Made by a program: the position numbers and the translations under genes. Below are positions 20,011-30,580 of a stretch of DNA of 64,000 nucleotides, one piece after another. Each line of letters opens with the position of its first letter. Position 1 is the first letter of the stretch. Source of the stretch: Candidatus Latescibacterota bacterium (GTDB lineage: Bacteria; Latescibacterota; UBA2968; GCA-2709665). The stretch spans positions 320,001 through 384,000 of the forward strand of contig OZ220733.1 of assembly GCA_965116875.1 (NCBI GenBank), written 5' to 3'. Under the pieces are notes generated by a model. It saw only the letters and a list, made by a program, of their open reading frames with translations, searched no databases and was not told where the DNA came from.

Positions 20011-20101
20011 AGATCTGTTATGGTTTACCCGGCCCGCCTATCCATACGGAACGGGTCAATTCAATAGATTCCAGGGACCATGCCCGATATGGAGGTGCAA
20101 T

Positions 20102-21112
20102 GTGAGCGCAACCCTCGTTGTAGACGCGTTCTGGGGAGATTCCGGCAAAGGAAAAATCGCCGCCTTTACCGCCCTCAAACAGGAAGCCGCCTTCTGTGTA
20201 CGCGCAGGAACCGGCACCAACGCCGGCCACAGCATATACTTCGAAGACGGCTCTGAAATCCGTACGCATCAACTGTGCTGCGGTTGGTTACACCCTCGCA
20301 CGCAGCTTCGGATAGGTAGTGGCGTCGCGTTAGACCCTGAAATATTCCTCCGTGAAATCCACAGATACGAACTCGCCGACCGTGCCCGCGTGGATCTGCG
20401 GTGTCCGGTGATCGCGCCCGAACATCGGGCACGCGAGGCACGGGACACGCATCTTGCCGTCAACGTGGGCAGCGTATGCAGCGGCAGCGGCGCCGCCAGA
20501 GCCGACTTTGTCAAACGCAGGGCGCGGCAGGCCAGAGACATCCCCGAACTGAAGGATTACCTCACCGACGTACCGCGAGAGATCAACACGGCATGCACGG
20601 AGGGTCGCGCTGTTGTCATCGAATCCAGCCAGGGAACCCACCTGTCCCTTTCGCTGACTGCCGACTACCCGTTCTGCACGTCCGGCAATTGCACCGCCGT
20701 CGCCGCAGCGGACGATTCAGGCCTTAACTGGCAGTACATAAAGGACGTCATCCTGGTGGTCAAGGCGGTACCCAGCCGGGTAGGGGCGGGCCCGTTGCCG
20801 TTTGAGATTTCTGAAGCTGAACAGGACCGGCTTGGTATCGTCGAATACGGCGTCACGACCGGGCGGCGCCGCAGAAAAGCCCACCGCATTTCTTGGCGGC
20901 ACCTTGAAGAGGCAGCAATGCTTAATGGTCCCACGCAGATTGCCCTCACGTTCTGCGACCACCTTGATCCTGACGTGCGGGGCGCCCGCACCAGGGACGC
21001 CCTCACGGATCCCGTGTGGAAGTTGATTCGTGATGTTGAATCGCACACCGGCGTACCGGTAACGACTGCTGAAACGGGCAAGTTTTTCGGTGATATCGTA
21101 GACCTGACCTGA
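20102..21112 (+). CDS. purA: Adenylosuccinate synthetase family protein, short archaeal type (PurA-like, divergent)
   Basis: WGDSGKGK, GTNAGHS, ESSQG, YPFCTS, SRVGAGP, EYGVTTGRRRR; 336 aa. Confidence 0.8.
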   Translation: MSATLVVDAFWGDSGKGKIAAFTALKQEAAFCVRAGTGTNAGHSIYFEDGSEIRTHQLCCGWLHPRTQLRIGSGVALDPEIFLREIHRYELADRARVDLRCPVIAPEHRAREARDTHLAVNVGSVCSGSGAARADFVKRRARQARDIPELKDYLTDVPREINTACTEGRAVVIESSQGTHLSLSLTADYPFCTSGNCTAVAAADDSGLNWQYIKDVILVVKAVPSRVGAGPLPFEISEAEQDRLGIVEYGVTTGRRRRKAHRISWRHLEEAAMLNGPTQIALTFCDHLDPDVRGARTRDALTDPVWKLIRDVESHTGVPVTTAETGKFFGDIVDLT

Positions 21113-21222
21113 TTACGCGACGATTGTACTCAAAACAGGGGGCGGGTTTCCAATGGAAGATCCGCTCCATAGCGCTCCGGACCTTGACTTCGTGCGTGAT
21201 CAACACGGGTGGCGGGCGGGAA

Positions 21223-21519
21223 TCAAACTGCACTGTCACGCGCGCTGCGGATGATTTCCAGCCAGGTCGATTCATAGTCTGCAAGCGCCCCATGCCAGGC
21301 GTCTTGATTTCCGGCGCCACGCCGGAAATCCAATGCCAGACTGTCGACAGTCCGCTCGGCCGCGTCTATGCTGGCCAGTCGCTCCGCATCCAGTGCAGGC
21401 GAGGCGAGGCCGTTGATTTCGGTCTGTATGCGTTTCACAACCCGTCGAAAGTCGTCGCTCAAGCGCGTGAACGCCGCCCCGCCGGTGAACCCTTCGTTCC
21501 TCCCAACGCGATTTGACAT
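21223..21519 (-). CDS. Small helical hypothetical protein (~98 aa)
   Basis: Strong AGGAGG RBS before ATG (MSNRVGR...); amphipathic helical sequence. Confidence 0.6.
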   Translation of the reverse strand: MSNRVGRNEGFTGGAAFTRLSDDFRRVVKRIQTEINGLASPALDAERLASIDAAERTVDSLALDFRRGAGNQDAWHGALADYESTWLEIIRSARDSAV

Positions 21520-21837
21520 TTGGGACCTCCTGGTATGGATCCTGAAATATGACCTCGTTTCCGCACTCTTGTATAATCGATGCATAATAAACAAATGTGC
21601 AGTTGTCAATGGAGGGCAAGACGCCTGTTCGCGGTTGGTAAGCGGCAGTTTTCAGTTCCCCATTGGTCGTGCGCCGGCCGGCCAACGGGAGCGATTCTGC
21701 ATACTCATGTGAATTAACTTTACAGCGGCTGATTCTCTCCCATATATTGGATGTCTGACGAGGCGCGTCTTTGGCGGGGCAGGAACTGAAATCGTATGGG
21801 CCGTACGAGAAATGCAATTCGTGAAAGGAGACGTGTG

Positions 21838-23358
21838 ATGTTCAGCCTGACTCGCAGTTGGTTCATCCTATCGATCGCGGCGGGACTGGCGTGGGGCTGC
21901 GCCGGCGAACGCCTGACCCCCTCGTCCAACCCTCCGCCAGAGCAGAATGCGGGAGAGCGTCTGGGCAAACTGGCAGTCAATGGTAACGTGGCATCGGCGA
22001 TCGCGGTCGCCCGTCTCCGGCAGGACCGGACTCCGGTAAACGGCGCCACCGTTTCGTTCTCACGGTCGGTCTCGGGAAAGAGCGCCAACTTCGAGTGGAC
22101 CGGTACGACGGATGGACGCGGGCAGGCGCGAGTGACGCTCGAAGAGACACAATCGGGCGGATACTATCGCGCGGAGGCACGGAAGGGCGGGTTCCTGATT
22201 GGATCCTGGTCGAGCATCCCGATAAACCGCGGCTTCCAGGTCACCGTTGAACTGCAGGCAGGCGAAAAAGCACGCGTCACGGGCGCAACCGTACTGACGA
22301 CAGGCGGTCTTCCGGAAGAAATCGAAATTGGCGTCGTTGCGCCCCTCACGGTCAGGCAGACACAATACGGTGTGGGCATTGAAAGCGGCCTGGCGCTCGC
22401 ACTCGGCGAAATCAACAGCACATCGATGCTCGGGGGCGCGAGAATCGTGTTCAAGACGGAGGACTCCCAAGGCATGGCGCAGGGCGCCGTCGACGCGTTC
22501 AACAAGCTCATTTTTCACGATTACGTGCCCGTCATCCTTGGCCCCGCTCTCTCCACCGAAGCCAGAGAGGCATTTCCACTCGCGCAGCAGAACCATGTCG
22601 TCGCATTCAGTACGACCTCTGCCGCTTCCGGCCTGAGCGCGATTGGCGACTTTATCTTCCGCGCCAGTCTGAGTGTCGACGTACTTATCCCCGGAGGCGT
22701 TTCGCTTACTCGCGAGAAGCTGCGATACGGGCGGGTGGCCCTGATGGTCGACTCCACGGACGTCTTTTCCAAAAGCAGCGACGATGCGCTGCAAGGCGCC
22801 CTCGCCAGGGAGGGTGTCGAAGTTTTGGCGAGAGAAACGTTCGGGACGGACGATACGTCGTTTGTCGATCAACTGGCAAGAATAAGGGCTTTGAATCCGC
22901 ATGCGGTCTTCGTTTCCGCCCTGTCCCGGCAACGCGTTCAGAGTCTGGTCCAGGGCCGTCGTGGGGGCATTCCGGGCAACATTCCCTTTATCGTTCCGGG
23001 TCTGACCCAGGACGAAGTCCGGGATGCCGGCGATGCCGCCGAGGGTGCGATCGCCATTACCGGCTGGACGGCTGCGGCAACCACATCGGGGAATCAATCC
23101 TTCGTTGACGATTATCTCACGAAATTCGGTTCGGAACCGAATCGGTGGGCCGCGCAGTCGTACGCCGCGCTATATGTACTCACCGAGGCGATTGCAAAGG
23201 CCGGGTCCACGGATCCCGGCGCCATTCGGGACGCGATGGCCGGCGTTTCGGATCTGGATACCGTTCTGGGTCGATTCTCATTCGACCGCAACGGGGACGC
23301 GGTCTACGACCCTGTCGTTCTGGTCGTGAGAAACGGTACGTTCGAGGTTTACGAGTGA
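21838..23358 (+). CDS. Lipoprotein: unrecognised N-terminal beta domain + LivJ/LivK-like (Peripla_BP_6) binding domain
   Basis: AAAGGAG RBS; lipobox-like AWGC; IGVVAPLT...G..LAL.EIN, EDS, ILGP, FRAS, DTVLGRFSFDRNGD. Confidence 0.85.
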   Translation: MFSLTRSWFILSIAAGLAWGCAGERLTPSSNPPPEQNAGERLGKLAVNGNVASAIAVARLRQDRTPVNGATVSFSRSVSGKSANFEWTGTTDGRGQARVTLEETQSGGYYRAEARKGGFLIGSWSSIPINRGFQVTVELQAGEKARVTGATVLTTGGLPEEIEIGVVAPLTVRQTQYGVGIESGLALALGEINSTSMLGGARIVFKTEDSQGMAQGAVDAFNKLIFHDYVPVILGPALSTEAREAFPLAQQNHVVAFSTTSAASGLSAIGDFIFRASLSVDVLIPGGVSLTREKLRYGRVALMVDSTDVFSKSSDDALQGALAREGVEVLARETFGTDDTSFVDQLARIRALNPHAVFVSALSRQRVQSLVQGRRGGIPGNIPFIVPGLTQDEVRDAGDAAEGAIAITGWTAAATTSGNQSFVDDYLTKFGSEPNRWAAQSYAALYVLTEAIAKAGSTDPGAIRDAMAGVSDLDTVLGRFSFDRNGDAVYDPVVLVVRNGTFEVYE

Positions 23359-23387
23359 AACGAACGATTTGCAGGAGGGGAGAGACG

Positions 23388-24212
23388 ATGAGCGAGATGC
23401 CGATCGGCGTCATGATGAGCGCAGGATGGACCCTCGACCAGCTCAGACAGGTGCGGGACCTGGGCTTCGACAACGTGCAGATTCACGCACCGCATGAGGA
23501 CGTCCTGGAAGATTCACACGGTCGTGCCGCGCTGATAAGGGACATACACTCCGTGGGCATTCAGATAACCACCGTATTCGCGGGATTTTCAGGAGAGAGT
23601 TACGCCGATATTCCCACGGTCCGGGATACGGTGGGATATCTCAATCCGTCCCTGAGAGAAGAACGCATGAAGATCACCGAGCGTATCTCCGACTTCGCGG
23701 CTGCGCTCGGCGTTGACAAGGTGGCCGCGCATATCGGCTTCGTCCCGGAAGATTCGGATCACCCGGACCACCACGCAATGGTCCAGTGTGTACAAAGGCT
23801 GGCCGACTATTGCGGACGAAACGGGCAGCACTTCTGCCTGGAAACCGGCCAGGAGACGGCCGACGCGCTGCGCCACTTTCTCGAAACGCTGAATCGCGAT
23901 AACGTAGGCGTCAACTTCGACCCCGCGAATATGATCCTCTACGGAAGCGGCGAGCCGATCGAGGCCCTGGGAATTGTGGCCGGTTACGTCGTCAGTGTTC
24001 ATGCGAAAGATGGCAAGTGGCCGCCGGGAGAAGGGCAACTGGGCACGGAATTCCCCCTGGGAAGCGGCGACGTGGGCATGGACCGCTTCATTGCCAAACT
24101 CAAACAGATCGGTTATCGAGGTCCGATCACGATGGAACGGGAAATTCCGGACTGGGACCGGAAGGTGAGGGATCTGGTTCAGGGAAGAAATCTCCTGAAG
24201 TGCCTGATTTAG
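23388..24212 (+). CDS. Sugar-phosphate isomerase/epimerase family (AP endonuclease 2 TIM barrel)
   Basis: HIGFVP, LETGQE, VNFDPANM, VHAKDG, MERE motifs; GGAGG RBS. Confidence 0.88.
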   Translation: MSEMPIGVMMSAGWTLDQLRQVRDLGFDNVQIHAPHEDVLEDSHGRAALIRDIHSVGIQITTVFAGFSGESYADIPTVRDTVGYLNPSLREERMKITERISDFAAALGVDKVAAHIGFVPEDSDHPDHHAMVQCVQRLADYCGRNGQHFCLETGQETADALRHFLETLNRDNVGVNFDPANMILYGSGEPIEALGIVAGYVVSVHAKDGKWPPGEGQLGTEFPLGSGDVGMDRFIAKLKQIGYRGPITMEREIPDWDRKVRDLVQGRNLLKCLI

Positions 24213-24461
24213 TGTTCTGTCCCCAAAAACCCTCACCAGTCGACCGCCGACGTCCTGCACGCGCGCCCGCAAAAACGCCCTCTCTCCGCGGAGTAACCTT
24301 TTGGTGGGAGGGAAGGTCCAAAAGGACAACGACGGCAGAAAGGGCGTTTCTGTGTAGGTATACGTCTGCGCGAGGCCAAAGTTTCAATATAAAGCGTCTG
24401 CCGACGGAATGACCGTCCGGGTCGTTTCCCGCCGTCGTATCGTACCTCTTGCCGAACAGGT

Positions 24462-25631
24462 CTACGGCGTGACGACAAGGATCCGATCGTCGTCCGTACG
24501 CGGCTGACCGCGCCCGTCCCGGTTGCTGGTGGCGAGGTATACTTCGCCCCGCGGTCCTACCAGCACGTCCCGCAGCCGACCGAAACGACCATTGAACAGA
24601 TTCTCGCGGCTTGTCGCACGCAGACCGTCTGATGAAAGGCCAATACGCCAGAGCGCCTGCCCCTTCAGCGTCGTGAACAGAAGGCTGCCTTTCCAGGCCG
24701 GAATCAGGTCCCTGGTGTATATATCCGCGCCCGCAGGCGCGATTGTCGGTGTCCATACCGCGAGCGGTTCCACGACATTGTTTGACGAGCAAAATGCGGT
24801 CTCCCCCGTCAATACGTCATTGTCACAGAGCCCTCGCACATTCGGCCAGCCGTAATTCCCTCCCCGCACGATCAGGTTTACTTCGTCGTTATCCAGTGGG
24901 CCGTGTTCCGTACTGTAGAGTCTCCCGCTCGACGGGTGAAACACGAGGCCCTGAGGATTCCGGTGTCCCAGGGAATAAACCTCCGTGCCGAACGGATTAT
25001 CCTCGGCTGGTTTTCCATCCAGGTCCAGTCGCAGAACTTTCCCCGCCAGAGAATGAAGATCCTGCGCGAGAACCGGCGATTGCGCGTCGCCGGTTGTGAG
25101 ATACAGCAGGTTGTCGGGACCGAACGCGAGGCGCGAGCCGTCGTGATTGGGTGCTCCCGGTATGCCATTCAACAGGACTTCAGGCTGGGCAAGCTCCGTT
25201 CCGTCATATCCCATCCGAACCAGGCGGTTTCGAATTCCGTCGCCCGTATTGTACGAATAAACCGCAAACAAGAATGGCTGACTCTCGAAATCCGGGTGGA
25301 AGGCGATCCCCATCAACCCGCTCTCGCTCAACTCGAACGCGCCGATTTGTCCTGCACGGACGATTGCGCCCGTCGTCGTATCCACCCTGGAAATCGTACC
25401 CGCGCGTTCACTCACCCAGATGTGGTCGTCCGGCCCCCAGGCCAGGTCCCAGGGCGTGTCCAGGCCGGTAGCCAGCGTCCGAACCGTGAACCCATCCACC
25501 CTGTTGTCGGGCGCCGGCCCGCCGCCGTTGTCGGTGACTGGACTCTCCGGCTGGGAATCGTTGGCGCCCCTTCCACATCCCGCAATCACAGATATCGCGA
25601 GCAATACCGCTGTGATTCGGCGACCCGCCAT
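24462..25631 (-). CDS. PQQ-dependent glucose/sorbosone dehydrogenase family lipoprotein
   Basis: Lipobox IAGC; GLDTPWDLAWGPD, HDGSRLAFGPD, GHRNPQGL, EHGP...DEVN, GGNYGWP, GRLRDV. Confidence 0.9.
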   Translation of the reverse strand: MAGRRITAVLLAISVIAGCGRGANDSQPESPVTDNGGGPAPDNRVDGFTVRTLATGLDTPWDLAWGPDDHIWVSERAGTISRVDTTTGAIVRAGQIGAFELSESGLMGIAFHPDFESQPFLFAVYSYNTGDGIRNRLVRMGYDGTELAQPEVLLNGIPGAPNHDGSRLAFGPDNLLYLTTGDAQSPVLAQDLHSLAGKVLRLDLDGKPAEDNPFGTEVYSLGHRNPQGLVFHPSSGRLYSTEHGPLDNDEVNLIVRGGNYGWPNVRGLCDNDVLTGETAFCSSNNVVEPLAVWTPTIAPAGADIYTRDLIPAWKGSLLFTTLKGQALWRIGLSSDGLRATSRENLFNGRFGRLRDVLVGPRGEVYLATSNRDGRGQPRTDDDRILVVTP

Positions 25632-25697
25632 CTTGCGTCTCTTTTCCCGTCGTGCACAACCCTTTCGACCACAAGGTGCGCGGTCTGAATGGGTACG

Positions 25698-28600
25698 TTA
25701 GAACAACCCGGTGAAGTCGATCGAGAAATATTGCTTGGGGTGGCCCGTCTCAGCAAAATCGGTGGGCCACGCCAGGTCGTAGCGAAACAGTGCCAGCCCC
25801 ATATTCACCCGAACACCCAGGCCGTAGCCCGCTTTCAGGTCCCTTAGCTCGAACCCGCCGTCCCGGGCCTCCCACGGTTCGAAACTGTCTCGATTGAACG
25901 CACTTCCAACGTCAAGGAACAATTCACCCTGTACATTCTGAAAGAACAGGGGAAGCGGCCAGCCCATCACCAACTGCCTCAGTAACGGGAAGCGAAACGC
26001 GACGTTGGCCAGCGCATACGAGTCCCCGGCCATCTCGAACACGTCGGCGCCGCGCAGGGGCCATACAAAACTGGAGAAAAAGATGCGCTGCCGGTCGACT
26101 GACGCAAACGTGGCAAAATTAGGATTGATTGAATTGTTCACCCCACCCAGGAAAAAGACCTGGCTGTTCCGGCCGAAACTGGTGCCGCCGGACATACGTA
26201 CGGCGAAAGTGTACTCGTCCAGCATTGGAATATACTTTCTGTAGTCGGCCTGCACCGTTCCGTATTGCATTCCCGCCCAACTGCCCCGCACAGACAACCT
26301 CGCCCGTCTTCCCTTCGTGGGCCCATAAAGGGAATACAGCGCGTTGTCATCGACGAGTTCCAGGCTGTTGATAATGGCTTTGTTGCTGGAAACCGGCGTA
26401 CCGCTCCCCCGGATGACCCTGCCGGTATAGCCGCCGCGGAGATACTGGCTCTGATATGAGCCGAGGTTTTCGCGCGAGATGTTTATCGCCTGCATGCTCG
26501 TTTCGAGCCGTGTAAATCGATTGAATGGCCGTTGGAAGACAGCCCCGCCACCGAAGATGCGATCGGCTACGACCTGACCGTTTGAAATGAAGAAGTTTCG
26601 TGTGTGCAGTGCGCTGAGGTAATAGTTGGTCTGGTGTTTGAGGTTCTGGTATCCGAGGAAGAGGTCGCTGTCCTTGAGGGAGAAGCTCAGGCCGGTCTGA
26701 ACAACGACGCGGTGGTCGCCCATCACGTCCGTCAGCGACAACTGCAGGAGGCTGCTCACGCCGTAGAAGGTGTCGAAGCCCGCGTTGGCCCCAAAGGACT
26801 CCGGTTTGAGTTTCACGCGGTACTTGTTCACGGTGAATTCCCTGTTCCAGTCGCGCAGCGTCAGTTCCCTGTCGCCGTTGCCGTCCAGCGTGTCGGCATC
26901 GGCCGTGGCCTCCTCGTCATCGCCCCGCGCCTCCGCGGCGGCCAGCGCCATCTGGTCCGACATCCACGTCTCCACCTTCCGGTCCGCCGCCGCCGCCACC
27001 GCCGCTGCCGTGTCCTCCTGCGCAGCCACCGCCCCGCTGTCGGCCTCCGCCGTCGCGGCAACCTTCTGCTCCTGCCGCCGGTCGCGCTGCAACTCCACGA
27101 ACGGCCGGTCCTCGATGCCCGCCAGACGCTTCGCATAGCGCGTCAGCGGCAGATCCTCCATGCTCCGCTTCCGCTTGAGCGGGTCCTTCATCACGAAGAT
27201 GTCGTATCCCCCCGGTGGAACGTCGTGAACGCCAGCTTCCTGCCGTCCGCGCTCCAGTCGATATACCGCGCCCCCGACAACAGATTGCTGATCGGATACA
27301 CCTGCGAGCCGTCCACGTGCGCGATGTAGACGTTGCCCACGCCCGTCCTGTCCGACACGAACGCCAGCGTCTGCGAGTCCGGACCCCACGTGGGATGGCT
27401 GTCGTTCACCTCGCTTTCCACCACCCGCCGGATCTCGCTCCCGTCCGCCTTCAGCACGAACACGTCATACACCCCGAACTCGAAGTCCTTCGTCCCGTCA
27501 TACGAAAGGTCCGCCGACGGACGGTCCGAACTGATCGCGATCCATTCCCCGTCCGGAGACCAGTCCAGGTGCTTCTCGTCATACGGATCACGCGTCATCC
27601 GGCGCAGCGACTCGTCCGCCACGTCCACCACGTACACGTCCGACCACCCGTCCTTCAGTCCCACGATCGCGATCTGTTTCCCGTCCGGCGACCACGTGGG
27701 CTCGAACAACCCGTCCAGATCGAACTTGAAGCGCTTCGTCACACGCTTCTTCCTCACGTCCAGCGTATACAGCGTGTTCTTGTTGCGCGACTTCGCCGCA
27801 AACGCGATCTGCTTCCCGTCCGGCGACCACGTGATGCCAGGCCGCAGCACGAACAACCCCTCGAAGTCCGACGATCGCTCCCCCTCCACCAGCCGCCCCA
27901 GATCCTGACCGTCGATCGCCGACATCAAATAGATGTCGAACGTACCCTGGCGCTCCGTCACATACGCGATCTTGTCGCCCTGAGGTGAAAACGACGGCGC
28001 AATGTTGTAAAAACCACGGCCCGCGCCCGCCTCCGTCAGCTGCTTCGCCACCTCCTCCGACGGATGGTGCAGGTTGATCTCGTTCCAATACTGCCGCTTC
28101 AACCACAACTGCCACTTCTCGTCCAGTTCCTCCACACCCTCACCGATCGACGCCTTCAGCGCCTTGTCGACAGACCGCGCGGAACGGAACGAAGAGATGA
28201 ACTCCGCCACCTTGTCCTTGCCATACTCCTCCTCGATCATCACGAAGACGGACTGACCCCCCTTATACGCGAACGCACCGCTCAACGACGTCATCCCCGG
28301 CACAAAACCCGTGATCGTCGCGTGACGCATGAAATTGTCGCCCTCGCGGTCCCATCCACCCTGCGACAGATACTCCGCCACGCCCTCCGCGATCCACAAC
28401 GGCGGCAGCGACGCCGTCTGCGTCATCATCGCGCCCAGCCATCCACCGCCCGTCCACATCTCCAGCGTCACCACGTGCACCAGCTCGTGGTGAATCACGT
28501 GACGGAAGTCGGCATACGAACCCGTATACGGAATCACCACGCGTCCCTGCGCGAACTCCGTAAACCCGCCCGTGAACTCCGACTGCTCCGTCGGCGTGAT

Positions 28601-28897
28601 GTTCGTTACCGAAAACCCGTTGTGCGAGTTGTAGATCACAATCGGATACCGGTCCTTCAGCGTATACTTCAAGTCCTTCTCCAGACGCACCAGCGCACGC
28701 TCCGCCTCCTTCGCCGCAAACTCCGCGGCAGGCTGCGACGCCTTGTCGAAGTAGATCTTGAAATGCTCCGTCTCCAGAAAATGCCAGTCGTAATCGTCAT
28801 ACGTCACCTTGTTCTTCCCGAAATACTCCTGGCCGCCCGCTATGCCGCACGTGAACAGACTGATGAGAATCGCTGACGTCAACTGGCGCCCGATCAT
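25698..28897 (-). pseudogene. Peptidase-MA-like / PD40 (TolB-like) propeller / BamA-Omp85 barrel protein, frameshifted at ~27210 (pseudogene, phase variant or sequencing error)
   Basis: ORF from ATG 28897 (AAGGAGG RBS) has FGKNKV, HELVH, WIAEGVAEY and WSPDG repeats and ends ...FHRGDTTSS. The next frame continues GYDIFVMKDP... to the barrel (FFLGG, PLRG, FLDVG, terminal F). One extra G in the G6 run at 27208-27213 would fuse them. Confidence 0.8.
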
Positions 28898-29339
28898 AAT
28901 TGACCTCCTTACCTGAGCGGGAGTTGCGGGGGCCGGCGACAACGATTGGATCACCGCCCCCCACATCTCGACCTGTCGGCGTTTTTCGCGATCGTACAAC
29001 GACGATGGGGTGGGGGTCGGCCGCCGGGATTTTACCGCCCCCACCCCGCTCCCGCAAGACATCTGCGGGAAAAACTCAATGGCCTGATGATACGCTTTCT
29101 TCCCCAGGGACATCTGCCGCCCGTCCCTCGTGCTTCACCATTTAGAACGACGGTGAGACAAAATCGTTCCCCCGATTTTTCCAATGACTTCCGCGATCTC
29201 TTCCATATATTACCGGAACGGGAAGGCCGCCGTGCGCGTGGAATCCCGCTTCCGGAACCGCAGCGTCCTCCATGCCGTTGAACCCCGTTTGTACCAGTCC
29301 TGCCGCGACCGCGCGCCATGTCACCGCGGATATTATACG

Positions 29340-30527
29340 ATGGAAAAAATCAGAGTCGGCGTACTTGGTCTGCGACGGGGCATTGCCCATCTGCGCAACT
29401 TCCTGGCACTGGATCAGGCCGAAGTCGTTGCCGCCTGCGACCGTTTTCCCTATTACCGGGATCAGGCGCGCGAGCTTGTGGGCAGACATGGTTCGTCAAC
29501 CGAACTGCTGGTCGAGTATGAGGAACTGCTGGAACGCAAGCCGGACGCCGTGGTCGTCGCCAGCAACGGCAGACACCAGGTTGAACACGCCTGCATGGCG
29601 CTGGAGGCCGGCTGTCACGTTCTCTCGGAAGTCCCGGGTGCGGACACGGAACACGAACTGATTCGCCTCCGCGACACCGTGGAACGCACCGGATTGACGT
29701 ACATGCTTGCCGAAAACGCCTGTTACGCCGGATTCGTGCCGTATTGGCGCAAGTGGGTCCTGGAAGACCGCTTCGGCCCCATCTCAATCGCAGAAGCCGA
29801 ATACCTTCACTACCTGCCTCAAACGCTTTTCACACCCGACGGGAAACGCCTGTCGCCAAACGAGGCGCAGTCCGCTGGAGCCGTGAATGCGAAACCAATA
29901 TGGCGGGCAGACCAGCCTCCAATCCAGTATCTGACCCACGACCTGGGCCCGCTTCTGGAAATCCTGGACGACCGCGCCATTTCAGTTACCTGTCTGAGCG
30001 CCCCCTGGCGCTGCAGGGAAGCGCCACTGAGATCCGACGGACAGATCGCCCTGTTTCACACACAGAAGGGCACCCTGATCAAAATCATGGTTACCCTCAA
30101 CACAATTCGTCCTTCCGAGCACCGCTACAGGCTCTTCGGAACCGCAGGGAGCGCGGAGATGTTTACGTATGAAGAATGCACCCGTTATTTCGACAGCGGT
30201 TGCAGTCACCGTGAGGGTTGGAGAGTTCTGCCGGTCAGCAGGTCCGCCGTTGACGACGCAACCGGCGGCCACGGGGGAACGGATTTGAAAATCGCCGGGA
30301 TATTCACGGACAACCTTCTGAACGATCGACCCGCTTCAATCGACGTCTACCGTGCAATCGAATATACCCTGCCGGGCATCATCGCGGCACGCTCGTCGGA
30401 TCTGGGCGGCGCCCCTATTGCAATTCCCGATCTGAGACGAGCTCCGTTTACCGGGACAGACTTCTGGGACACACTGCAGATTCCGGAATCCGAGCCCGCC
30501 TCCGTCAACTACAGGCCGCCGCTGTAG
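29340..30527 (+). CDS. Gfo/Idh/MocA family oxidoreductase
   Basis: IRVGVLGLRRG, HVLSEVP, YMLAEN, EAEYLH, YLTHDLGP, GGHGGTD. Confidence 0.88.
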   Translation: MEKIRVGVLGLRRGIAHLRNFLALDQAEVVAACDRFPYYRDQARELVGRHGSSTELLVEYEELLERKPDAVVVASNGRHQVEHACMALEAGCHVLSEVPGADTEHELIRLRDTVERTGLTYMLAENACYAGFVPYWRKWVLEDRFGPISIAEAEYLHYLPQTLFTPDGKRLSPNEAQSAGAVNAKPIWRADQPPIQYLTHDLGPLLEILDDRAISVTCLSAPWRCREAPLRSDGQIALFHTQKGTLIKIMVTLNTIRPSEHRYRLFGTAGSAEMFTYEECTRYFDSGCSHREGWRVLPVSRSAVDDATGGHGGTDLKIAGIFTDNLLNDRPASIDVYRAIEYTLPGIIAARSSDLGGAPIAIPDLRRAPFTGTDFWDTLQIPESEPASVNYRPPL

Positions 30528-30580
30528 TATATCCGCCATCGTCCAGAGCCCCGCAGGCCCGACTCGCCCTTCACCTGCCA

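Noticed and set aside
20102-21112. Calling the PurA-like gene purZ (Z-genome biosynthesis)
   Set aside because: The catalytic Asp (WGD) is retained rather than replaced by Ser, and there is no datZ, mazZ, polymerase or phage context.
25698-27389. Independent 563-aa gene starting at 27389
   Set aside because: Its first ~60 residues are an out-of-frame read of the upstream PD40 region with no signal peptide; it is better explained as the frameshifted 3' half of the gene starting at 28897.
29005-29048. GGGGTGGGGGTCGG / CCGCCCCCACCCC hairpin or G-quadruplex-like tract
   Set aside because: It is a single low-complexity GC stem with no further support for function.
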